From Podarcis filfolensis (Eukaryota), in assembly GCA_964270895.1 (NCBI GenBank), contig OZ185440.1: 64,000 bases of DNA; one strand, 5' to 3'. Of this stretch, positions 12,809-25,100 are shown piece after piece. Under the pieces are notes generated by a model, which worked only from the letters and a program-made list of their open reading frames with translations, searched no databases and had not been told where the DNA came from. Position numbers and translations under genes: made by a program. Every line of letters starts with the position of its first letter. The first letter of the stretch is position 1.

Positions 12809-15800
12809 CTCTTTCTTGAGTTATTTATCTTGCCCAGTTGTCAGCTCTTGTTTCATGATATATGTTTTGGTTTTAGATAAGCTTGATAACCATTTTCAGA
12901 CTTATCACTCAGCTAGAGTGCCTGTCACCACCTCTTCAGAATGCGCACTAGCACAAAGTCAATAAATAATTGGATGATCACCGATAACTTTATGAAATGA
13001 ATATAAGCCTTACTAAGTCAAAGTGTCTCCAAGATTCCCAACACTTAAAAAATCACTTGTAAGACTATGTAACTGAATAACATTATCTAAGGCAAAATAC
13101 AATACAATTCTACACTGATTTATATGAAACAAATTGCGCACAGGATGTTCACCTATGTATAATTAATCACGTTGATATGGGATCCTGCAGAGAAAAGGGT
13201 AGCATGAGAGAATAGCTAGTCTATATACAACTGTCTGGTACATGTTTTTGTGAGAACACAGTGTAAGGAAAGCAGAAGCCGAAATCAGGCAGAAGCAGTT
13301 AAACAACTAAATGACCAAAAAATAGGAATGCTGAAGAATGCATAGAACAGAAGAGAAACTGAATGAATTCATTGCATCATTATCCCTGCAGAAATGGTCA
13401 CATGATACATACAGCAAACTTCTTTTTCAATGTAGTGCACAGGATGTAGTTTTAGAACTAATGAAAAAGAATCAGAAGTAACAACTCACTAAGCCTCATG
13501 GTATTCATTTGGGAGTTGTTAAATATGAAAATGGTGTTATTTAAACAAAGATCACAAATTTATCAACCTAAATCTAGTTCTAGGTAAATTCATAGAAAGC
13601 ATTCAGGCCTGTAAGGCCGTCAAATTCTCATATAAGACTTACTATGGAATGCTCAGAATGACTTCTAAAGCAAAATAAATTGCCTCATCAATCTTCGTGA
13701 GTATCAGTTTCTGAAGTATCAACGGGCATGCTGACACATATGATCCAGTTAAAACTATGGTCTGGTTCTCTGGTTGCAACTAGCCATTACTTGTTGTAAA
13801 AGAGGATCCCTAGTTGGTACACAACACTAAATCAAGATTCTTTGAAAATGAAAATGAAAATCAACTCAGCAAAAGTCTTCCTGCCCATGCAGGAAAAAGA
13901 AAGGGAACCTGAGCTCAAAGAGGCTCATGCACAAATTGCTAAATAATGGTTAAATGTTACATGGCCTACTCAGTTGATTTTCAAAATGCTGTCCATGACA
14001 TTTTCCAACTACACTTAAGATCCAAGTGGTAAAAGAAAAATTCTCTTTTGGACTAGTACACTACACTACCACTACCACTACCCTAAAATAAAACCAGAGT
14101 TAATAGCATTCCCCCTTCTAAAAAATGTTGACTAATGTGAGGTCAGGGGTGCATGAGGAGGAAGCCAACCATGCAGGTATAAAGACTGAATTATATAAAG
14201 GTCCCAAGTTGCGTAGCAGCTCATTTGTTTGAATTCTCTCCTATGTTAAAACTTGCTTCACATAAAAGGCTGTCATGGGGAGAAGGACTCCAGCCTAGCC
14301 TTCTCATTGACTTATTTGTTCTCTTTGCAGCAAGCATTTGTTTTACTTACAGAAGCATTCAAACATGTGACCACCTCCCTGCAATCTGAACTGACATAAT
14401 CCAGGAAATGCTACCATGCAGTATTTCTAAACCAAAGCTTGATAGTTAAGAGAATTTTAAAAAAGAATTAGATTCATTTACAGAAGATGGTGAATCAATA
14501 ACTGTTAGGGGCCTGTCATCAATTTTCACTTGTATATTCCTAATCACCCCCATGAGCATTTACTGCTAAAGAAGATTTCAGCCCATAAGAAAACCTGCTG
14601 GAGTAAGAAGCCTTTCTCATTTTGTTGGCTACAGTAAAAGCCAGCTACAGAGGAACTCTTAACCAACATATCAAAGCTTAATGCTTTATGGCTAGGTGGT
14701 TTGTCACAATCCTGTGTCCTAACCTATACTGTGGTTATAAAAGGGGAACCCTCTGATGTCTCTTCATCTATGAGGGTCATGCAATAGAGTTCTGAAATTG
14801 GTAAAATAAATGGGGTGAGAAAAGCTTGTTGCAAAACTCATTTTCAAATTTCCATACAAGTTTAAACATATATGCTATTTCTCAGTGAAAACCACTCAGC
14901 AGTTAAATTCTGAAAGCAATGCTCTAATTAAGTAATTATTCAGAAAACAGCAAGGGCATGATCCAGTTAAGTTAAGCATTAACTTCTCACTGATATGAAC
15001 TGCAGACAGTTAAGTACGTTGTTGTTTGTTATATAGTTAGAAATCAATTTTTAGCTATTTTTGTAATTTATTTGGTTGTTAAGTTGCTTTGAGCCATCTT
15101 TCTGTATAAAGCAACAAATAAATACAATACATATTAATAAGTATGTGCTCAGCATACTGTTAATGATGATATTCCACTGTGGTGTCCCACTGGTGCAACA
15201 CACTTTCGCCTGCACAAACAGGGCTTCCCCTTCCTCCAGAGCAGATTACGGATGCAGAAGGTAGAAGAGGATGAGGAAGTCCCAGGTTGCTTCCACTGGC
15301 ATGATGTTGGATCTCACCCAGAGTTATTTAAAAACTTTAATTTTGCATAGATCATTCCCTGGAGGAATCTGCTAAATTGAAACGCTCCACAGAACAAAAA
15401 ATCAAATAGCACTTCTCTAAATCTTCAGGGGAAGTGTGAGAGGCATCCTACTGTGTATACAACCTATTAAGACTGCTCAACTGACTGTGTGAGAACACAA
15501 GCGGGAATTGGATCTTAATACTCACTTCACTCCCATGACCTGTCAGCAAAGTGATCAAATGGCAGAAAGAGTGAAGGAGGGGGAGGAGCTTCTGGCAAAG
15601 TTCAATAGCAAATGACATAGGTATAGCAGAAATAAGGCGGCTTGTTTCTTGCAGTTCGTACTACTACTTACTGAAATAGGAAAGAAAGAGAGCACATTTG
15701 AGAAAGTGGTAAAAGCAATCTGCCAAGTCCCTCCCAACAATGTTACTAAACTCTGAGAAAAAGGGTCATGAAATCAATTTATTTTGGGATCTCTCTTATA

Positions 15801-18782
15801 ACACTGATTAACAATTCTACCACCACTCTTTTTGTTCCCTTTTCTTAAAACCCATTGTGAGTTCAGGTATCTGGTATTATGAAAAGCAACTGAAGAACTG
15901 TGAGGAACAAAGGAAGGGGGGAAAGTGAGGAAAATACAGTTTGATTCTCTCCCTTCAGCTTAACAAGCAGGTCTTTGTATGAACGATATACACAGAATGG
16001 AAAAGCGGGTGGGTAAAGGAGTTGCTTTCCTCTTTTGTTTTGTTTTTTTTAAAAGAGCAATTGAGTTGTGTCATGTTTGTCATTCTGAAGTAATATTTAA
16101 ACTGCAGAATATGCTAAAAAGCAAAAAGCTCCAATTGTTCTTCGGTTCTCAAAAATCATATAATAGTAGGAACATGTCACTTTCTGGAAAAGCCTCAAAC
16201 CTTCAACTTTCAAGGGTCTTAAAATCAGATAGAACGTTTTATGCAGCCAGTTTATTACATGGCAATTTCCCCCCAAACCTAGGGCCATCATCTATGCATT
16301 CTATGTTTGGGGCCACATGGAGAGAAAAGAGGGTGCCCATGTAACATTGGATACAGCCCTAAGGCTTCAATCCTAATCCCACTTACCTAGGAATAAGCCC
16401 CAGTGAAGTTTCTGAGGAGATATGGTTAGGATTGCATACTAAGAATCTGAATAGTTTATCTAGCATGGAAAAGTCTTTTGCTTAATGCTTAAAAATAAGG
16501 TACCCATATCTGACGCATTTTTATTTCAAGAAAGAGAAAATTGCCAACTTCTCTGGAAGCCTGTCAAAATTAAGAACTGTTCCAGGTGAGCAAAAAATGA
16601 AGACCTCTAAATTGGAAAATGATAATATTTGGTCTCCTCCTTTTACGTTGTGAATGTCTCAAACACATGTACTTATGAATAGGCAGAACAAACATTATTT
16701 GCAAAAAAAATAAAAAATGAAGTCTCATACAACATATATAAATAAAAACCACAAAAACTACCAGAATCACAGATCAGAACTGTTAAAAAAAAGATTCCCT
16801 TCCTCTTTAACTGTCTATGTATGCTTGGCAGCATAGAAAAGTTTTCAGCAAATATCTAAAAGGAAACCCCAGGAAACCTGCCAAATCTTCATTGGAAGAA
16901 CATTTCATCCAACTGGGCCAATGATACTGAAGGCTCAAGTTTGTGTTATCAGATGAGCCTCACCAACTCAGGGGCAAGTAAACTTTTTGTGGGATGCTAA
17001 AAATGCAGCCCCCACTTTCAGACTGTTCATGTTCCAAAAGTGTCTTAATGTACATGCATATGAGTGGTCAGAACACACGTTATCGTAGTAAACTTTATGA
17101 ACTTGCTTGCAAGGAGCAATTTGAAAAGACTGAAAGTGGACCATAGCTTATGTTTGCAACAATGTAAATTTGTGATATTTACATTTCACTAGAGATTTCC
17201 AAAGCTTTTTGTTTTCCAGTGTCTATATTAGGGAAGGATACTTTTTGACAAGAAAAGAATACTTACACCCCAGTACCATGTGTGAGACTGAACTGAAACA
17301 ACAAAGAACAAATTCCAATGAAGTTTCAGCTGACAAGTCCAGGATGTTTTACATGAGAAGCATTATGAATTAGACTGTTTCCATTTGGATTTTGTACTCC
17401 AGTTCTACAGTAGATACTGCTGCTTTCTAGTATCTACTCAAGCTGATTGTAACATGTGTTTTAAGATTTAAAACTGCTATAAAGATAACACATTAAAATG
17501 CAGAATACTATTTGAAGTATAAGATAACAATAGTTCATTCATTGTGATGAAAAAAAATGGATGCTATTGTTGTTCCCATGAAGCTTGATCAACTTCTCAT
17601 CCTCCTAGCATTTTTCGGAATACACTTACATTCATTGGTTTCCTGACAAAAGCACTTTTCATTTCATAATTCAATAAAGTTCCAAATTCACTATCTTTTG
17701 AACAGCATGCTTTCTACCCTGATCCAACAACTGCATATTTACAGCATAATTCTATGAACAATTCTTCACATGTAAACACCACTATACTTAATGGATCTTA
17801 CTCCTTCAAAGCCGGGTGGGCTTTGGGAAGGTGGTGGGAAGGCTCTTGGGCCCATCTAAGAATCACACCTTCCTCCCTAAGCCGGGCAGAAGCTTCCTGG
17901 GGGACTAGTCTAATACCCCATGTCTACCGACACCACTGGTTAGGATTGTTAAAATTGCTGTGTTAGTGTTAGCAACATCATGATGCTTAGTCATCAAAAA
18001 TGTGTTATTGATAAACTATACTAAACTTATTTATGAGAAAATGCATATTTGGAAACAAAGTTATCGCAAGATCCCACACTTTAAAAACACATTTTAAATG
18101 AGTTCAGTTTGGTTAGGATTCTTCATCTCACCATACGATTAAGTGCTAAGAAGATTACTTCCTCTTCCCAACACTACAATGCTCAGAATAAGATTGCATT
18201 AGGGTGTATTAGAATTTGCCACTTTTTTGTAATGTGCTGAGTTGTCTCAGGAACAATCCAATTTGAAAATATATAAGTATCAATGACACTTGATGGCAAC
18301 ATCCCCCCACCCACAATGTGATAACAAAGACCTTGGACCCACCCCAAACGCATTGCCAACCTCTCAGTTATGATATTAGTTACCCATTTCAGGCATAAAT
18401 GCCTAAGAATTGTGCCTTCATTGAGCTAATTCAGGCATAAAATTCCTGGCTTCATAAACTAGAAGTGGGGAACCTCTTCAAACCCACCCATTTATATCAA
18501 GAGAGGAGGGGAGCGAATATCATTTGACCTAGCTTGGACCAGTCCTAAAGCTGATCATGTGAAACTCAACCCTGTTGCTGTGGTGCATAGATGCAGTTTC
18601 TATTAAGGTACATTTCCTCCTTTACCTCCTCTTTGTTTTCCTTTCATTATGTCAAACCTTTTCAAAGCTTCCCCTATTTTCAAGTTGAGACATGAACCCG
18701 ACAGACCCTTATCCATAGCTGTTGATAGCTAACCATGGTAGTGTGTCCTTTTTTGAATCCCATAAATCGTTATACTTCATAC

Positions 18783-18918
18783 CATGGGCATAGCCAGGAT
18801 TTTGTGGGAGTGGGCAAACTTTGTTAGGGTGGCAGAACCAATGTGATTGGTCAGTTAGTTAAGTATTTCTATTGTTTTACTTGATGGGGGGGACTGCCCC
18901 CCCCCAGCTACACCCATG
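18783..18918. mobile_element. hAT MITE with 8-bp TSD
   Basis: TIRs catgggcatagc / gctacacccatg; flanks cttcatac / cttcataa (7/8). Confidence 0.8.
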
Positions 18919-20931
18919 CTTCATAATCTATTTAAACATGACCCAAGCCTCCTTCAATTGTTGCATTGGGCCATTCAATTTTCTTCTATTTCCCGCTCCC
19001 ACAGAGCAGTTTCTACTCCCACTGTTCATCCCTCATGATTTGTCTCATTCTCTGCAAAGCTCTTCGTCTTACAAGGAGAGAAAGCAATAAAAAACAACTC
19101 AATGGAATGTTCTGCTCTTTGCCACAATGAGCCACCTTCCAAGAGAGCTCACTTGCCCTTCTTCCACCACCACCATTCCTGCTTTGTCCCTTAGGGTTGT
19201 GTGTGTAGCCATCTCACACTTAGCCATCTCACATGCTCACAGAAGAGGGTCATTCCTGAGAGGCAAAGATGGTGAAAGGAAGGTTAAGGATAATCCTAAA
19301 ATAGTGTGGGACCATAAAATTAGGCTGTGGACCGACCACATGGCATGGAGGCTGAAGGTTCTCCATCCCAGTCATAAATCTATGGCTCACAAAGTTGAGA
19401 CCAAGCATAGAGCCTAAGTACTCCTCCCTCTTCCTCTCACACACCAGCTTCAGAAAGGAAATCCTGACTTAATATCCTATTCAGTAAATGGACATTAAAC
19501 CAGTGTTTAGTCCCAACAGGCAACTCAGGTTTAAACAAACCAGGATCTCCAAGCCATGTCAGCATTTGAGGGGCAAAAAGGTAAGGGAGCAGCAAAATGA
19601 ACCGTATGTGTTTGCAGCCACATAAACAGTTATGAAGCCAGAAATGTTACGGGCTCACTGAAATCCAACTTTACTGGTTTAAACCTGTGTAGAATAGCAT
19701 ACCAATAGGGAGGTTTCTTAGAGAACGGCTGACCTATATGCATAAGACATGAAAACACTTGAAGGAATATTGTTTCCTAATGTATAAAACCGTTCACTGC
19801 CAAATCATTGTAGCATTATCCAACAAGAGAAAGGAATAATGGTCACAATAGTTTTGTTTATATTTCTGTGTTTGTTAAATATGAAACCCACCTGTCCACC
19901 AAATGGTGGAAATACTGTCTAATACCCTTTTCTGTTTGCCTATCACCTGTATTTGGTTGCCTTATTAGTAATTTTTTTAATGACTACCCTTTTCTTGAAA
20001 AAGTCAGACTGGTCCATTATTGCCTGTTTATTTTGTGCTCAGTTGAAAGTGCTGGTTCTTAACTTTATGCTGCTGTATGGCTTGGGACAAACTTAGTTGG
20101 TCTCTAAGATGCTACTGGACAATTTTTTTATTTTTTTATTTATTTTGACTGTGTCAGACCAACACGGCTACCTACCTGAATTTGGGATCCCAGGATCACC
20201 TTCACTTGTACATGAATGAACATGTACTCCATTCAACATCTGATGTCCTACTTCTGTCAATGTTTGAAACTCCCCTTGTTCTATGCACATTTTGCAACGG
20301 AATTTCCTTAGCGTGAGCAGTTTCTGAGCTCTGGGTGCAGTACTGCGCCTAAGATTTCAGATTAAAACTGCAAAGTAGAAGGAAAAGAGGACCTTTTTCT
20401 ACCTCCTCACTTCCAGGTACTCTCTGAAGACTGGAGAAGAGACCCTCTCAAGAATATTAATGGGGTGGGTAGGGGAAGGACTAGACCATGTGAAAAATGA
20501 ACATACGGTAATATTTTAGCTTCAGTTCATTCCTTTTCAGCATTGTATTCTTGTTATAAAAAAGTGTGCCTAGACATTTCATTGTTCTGCCCATAACCTC
20601 GGTTTAAGGTGCTATTTAGCTGCTGGTTTTCGTATCTCAGTTTCTAACATTGACTTCTGTATGCCTCTGCCAACTGAAGTGTAGGAGTGCCTTCTTGAAA
20701 TGAAGTCAGCCTTATAGAATGCCCACTCCAGGAAGGCTCACCTTCTGGCCTCAAGCAAAAACCTTTTCAAAAAGGCTTTGAATAAACTGATTTTACATTT
20801 GCTGATTGTAAGTTGCTACAAAAAGGCCATTCCACTTTTCTTTCTGCTGGGGTTATTTAGCCTTTGGTTGATTAAACTATCTATGACATTTTAAACTGTG
20901 GGCAGGTATTACTATGGTATGTATTTTTGTG

Positions 20932-21094
20932 TTTTTATATTGTAAACCACCCTGTGATCCGCAGGTGAAGGGCGGTATAGACAATTTAATAATAATTTAG
21001 GTTATTGTATTTTAAAATTCTGTTGGAAGCCGCCCAGAATGGCTGGGGAAACCCAGCCAGATGGGTGGGGTATAATTAATAAATTATTATTATT
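20932..21094 (+). mobile_element. Two adjacent L2-type LINE 3' ends
   Basis: ttgtaaaccaccctgtgat...gaagggcggtataga...(TAA) then tgttggaagccgcccagaatggctgggg...tataattaataaattattattatt. Confidence 0.65.
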
Positions 21095-22147
21095 GCTTAT
21101 CTTTCATTCTGTTGGTTTGTAATCTGAAGTTTTATTATTTTAATAATTTTCTGTAAGTCACGCTGAATTCATTAAAGATAAAGTAAGATAAGAAATACTG
21201 TTTTTTATTGATTCTGTGATTTGACTTGACTTTTATGCTAGATTTTGATATGTTAATATTACTGTACTGAATTTATTGTTATTTTGCTTTGTGATTTTAA
21301 TGCAAATCAGTTTGGAACGTCTAAAGTAGAAAACAGCTAATAAGTGCAATAAATAATGGTACAGTACACGTTTTATTTTAAAATACAAACCATATACAGA
21401 CAGACACTCTGGCAGTAGAACTATGGTAAGTGCTTCTACAAGCCTTAAAAGGCTATACTCCAATTCATTTTCCTCCTGGTGGCAATTTCTTCTAGTTACA
21501 AATATAATGAGAATAACAATACATTGGATTCAAACTAACTTCTAGTTTAACGTAGGTCCCAATAAAATCAAAGGGCCTGGTTAGTTATGACTAAAAGAAA
21601 TCCTATTGATTTCAATGAAAATAAATTTCAGCAATCTGGATCCAACACAATGAACTTAGGTAACAGAGAACTGAGTAAAACTAACTTGACAGAATATTGG
21701 TGCCTTGTTATCCACCAACAGCCTCCAGCAACTAGGCAAAGGCACCATATTCCCTGTGCAACCAAGTCAGCTTGCAGGCAGAGGGAATTACTGACCATGA
21801 TCTGTTGCTCTACAGAGCCTTCCTGCAGATGATCAGCAGAAATACTGCAAGCTTCAGTCCAGAAGATCAGGTGACTGGAGAGGCCAATAATGTCCCATAA
21901 TTGCTGATTTCAACCCAATTCCTCAGTCCAAACTGCAAGTGACTACCTGGAAGTCTACTGGAGCCTACTGAAATACCTGCATTGACAACCCCAATCCAAC
22001 AGAATTTACTTAGGGAGTTCTAAATGGTAGCTAAGAAAGCTGCTACACTGCACTATTTACTTAGGACTTCCATAAATCTTTAATTCTAATCTCACCTCAG
22101 TTATGAAGTTAGTATGTAGGTAAAGAGAAGCTGCTCTCTCGTTTAAC

Positions 22148-22275
22148 CTCAGCTGCCTATCTGCAGTATGATGATAACCAAATTTAACCTGCTTTAGAAA
22201 ATTATTGAAAGGATTAATGACATATTACTTGCATGTTAAGCACTTTGAACACTTCAACACTATATAAATTTTAGA
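22148..22275 (+). mobile_element. Ancient MIR/CORE-SINE-like relic
   Basis: ctcagctgcctatctgcagtatgatgataa...aggattaatga...gcatgttaagcacttt resembles the MIR core and 3' end; heavily diverged. Confidence 0.45.
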
Positions 22276-23819
22276 TTATTTAAATAAAATTTACATCTAA
22301 GATGCCATGTTGTTTAACAGGAATATCTTGATGTTTAACCTAAAATATGTGATAAATTTTATACTGAAATAAACTGTTTAAATGCAAGTTTACCCCCTTC
22401 AATATGTGGGGAGGGGGTGGGACTTGTCGGGATAACCAGTCTCTCAATCCCGTTTTTTCTCTCACAAGCCCCTCTAATGGCAATTTCTGGCAAGTAACCA
22501 GTTCCTTTTATCCCAGTTTCTTTTTATAAATCCAGAATCAAATTTCTTTCTGCCATGTCATATGATGTGCTTAGCTGAGCATGGTGGTAGCAGATCACTG
22601 CCAAATCCAATGCCATGCCACGCCACACCAGTTCATGTCACCGTTCATTGTTTTAAATCTTTCATTCTGCATGCTTTCCTCATTTCTATCCCATCACAAT
22701 ACTGAGCTCTCTTGTCCTCTTAATTGTGCCTTGAGAAAACTATTCCTTCATTCATCCACATTATTTAAGCGACTCTAGAAATCAGGAGGTGCTCTTGATA
22801 ATTTGATTTTGCCTGTTACTTTCCTACTAAAAATCATATACTTACCCTGTACCATAGTATGTTTTGCTTACTCATGCTTCTGGTTTTTAAAGACCAAGAG
22901 GATTAGTAGCCATTCTTTTTAACAGTACAGATTAGATATACAGCCCAATCAATTCACATGGAACTTTATCAGCAGAAAAAGTGGGTCAATATTCCCAAAA
23001 ACTTGCAATCTAAACCTTTACTTGTTGCATAGCATTCTTTACATGAAAAGAGCCACAACAGTTTTTGATTCGACAATTGCACACACACACAACCTTTGAT
23101 CTTTTAACCATAATTTCTAGAGGCTAGCACTTCAGATTCTTTGTGCCACTCCCCTTCAAGCTGCAATCCTATGTGCATGCACACTTACTTGGAAGTTAGC
23201 CCAAACTGAACACTGTGGAAATTACCAAAACATACATGGGATTGCACATTTCCCACGTAAAAGATGTAGAGGTAAGAGTATGAAACCCTGGTCAACTGTC
23301 CTCGCTTTGGCCCCTAGAAATAAATTATTGCACCACCTGCCTGTCTATGTCTTGGGAGTTTAATTCTGATGCCTCTGGAGACTTAAGGTCAGACGTGTAA
23401 CAATTCAGCGCTTCCTATGAGGACCCCCTTCGTTTACACAGGAACTTACTCTAGGAGATTAAGGTTGTCTACATTGCACACATTCCTGAGCTCCGGGAAA
23501 GATGGCCAGATACAAAAGAGAACAGCCCTCTTTCACCTTTTATGAAGGAGAATTTCATCAAGTGTAGCTTGTATAACTATTTAAAGGTGCAGATACCGAA
23601 CGTGCAACTGGACATATGGCCACCCTGGGCCCGAGGCGCAAAGTGTGCAGCCAGAGCTTTTAAACAACGGAAAGCTTTGCTTCTCGGAAGTGTCTTGCCA
23701 CCTCCCAGCGCCAAACGATTCACAGACAGGAGACAGGCGCTAATGAGAGGCGTCATGTCACTTCTTGCCTAGTAACAACCGCATGTTACTCTCGCTACTA
23801 GCCACTAAGGAGGAAGCCC

Positions 23820-25100
23820 CTCCGTCCTCCTTCAAACTGCGGCACGCCGTCTGGGGAAGCTCCGTCTGGGGAAAGGGAGTTGTTCGCACCCTACGAATCC
23901 TTTAAGAATAGACACCCCACACAAGCTCCACCCATCTCCTCATCCTCTGCCCCTCTTTCAGCAGCCCCATCTAGCCTCCTCCCCCATCTCCCCCCGGCTT
24001 CTTCGGAGCTTCCCGTTTGATACCCCGCCTCCCTTACATGTCGGGTGTGCCATTGCTAACCGCCCCCCCCCACTTGCAACACTTAGGGAGCCTCTTCTTC
24101 TGGCGCCCCTCCCCCTGAATAGCCACCCAGTCCCCCCCCCCACTACCACCCCCATCCCGGCTCGTGCTCCCCCACCTCCAGCCGCAGTCCGCCCGCTTCC
24201 CTCACTCACCTCTTCCTCGCTCTCGTTGCGGAAGCAGAGGCAAGCCGCCCGTTTCTTGTATCCGTCCCCGTCGTAGGTGCGAGTCTGGTTGGACTTGAGC
24301 TTCATCATCCTCCGCTCGGGAGAAGGGGTGGGAGCACCCACTAGGGAGGCAGGCGAGGGACGGGTGTCGGCTCCGCGCGGGAGAAGGTCGGGATCTCCCA
24401 ACCGCGGGGTGGGGGGTGGGGGAAGGAGGCGCGGGGACCCGCTATCCCGGAGAGTCTCTGCCTCACACACCAGCCGAGAGGGAGGGGGAAACCCTCTCCG
24501 CAGCCGCTACTCGCTCCTAATGCTACCACCCGCCGTCCGCCGCCTCGCTCCCCCTCTCAGCTCTTCCCACGTCGGCACCCCAGCTGCCGCCAGCGCTCCG
24601 GCCACCGCCGCCAACGACGACGACCGCGACGCCATCTTGGGACATGCTACGCCAACGGCGCAGAGGCAGCAGGAGGAGAAAGGCGCTGGCTGAAGCTTCT
24701 CGCCTCCGACAAGCCGCTGCGCAAGCGGCGTAGCCGAGGGTTGGGAATCGCTCGCTCTCGCTCTCTCGCGCGCGCACCCCCCGCCCTTCGGTTCCGGACA
24801 CCCGTTACAGAGCGTCGCCTCCCAGCGCAAGGGTTGCGCCGCCACACTAAGCGGAACGGTGTCGAGAGCAAGGGGGAGGGGCGCCTTTCTCCCTCCGCCG
24901 CCATCGCAGCTTTACGCAGCCTCCGCGCGCCGAAACTACAGTGAGCCAGATGTCTGGCGCAACGTTTTTGCACAAGGGCTGACAGCGGCCCTGCGTAAAA
25001 CGCGTAGCCCGACTGAAACAATGCCCATCTTGTGTGAGGAGGAGCAGCACGCCAAAAACGTAACGGCGGAGAAGTCTTGAAGCCAGGCTTGGGAGCGTGA
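23820..25100 (-). promoter_or_regulatory. NUDT3: CpG island / NUDT3 promoter and 5'UTR
   Basis: Abrupt GC- and CpG-rich block around exon 1. YY1-like CAAGATGGCG on minus strand at 24630-24639; GCGC-rich NRF1-like tracts at ~24715-24780. Confidence 0.85.
24210..24308 (-). CDS. NUDT3: NUDT3 (diphosphoinositol polyphosphate phosphohydrolase 1, DIPP1) coding exon 1
   Basis: Translates MMKLKSNQTRTYDGDGYKKRAACLCFRNESEEE (33 aa), the NUDT3 N-terminus (NUDT4 reads MMKFKPNQTRTYDREG). Followed by donor GTGAGT at 24209; phase 0. Confidence 0.97.

Noticed and set aside
23958-24470. 170-aa ORF in the track treated as a full protein
   Set aside because: Only 24308-24210 is exon. The start is a GTG in the 5'UTR, and everything after ESEEE reads through the GTGAGT donor into intron 1.
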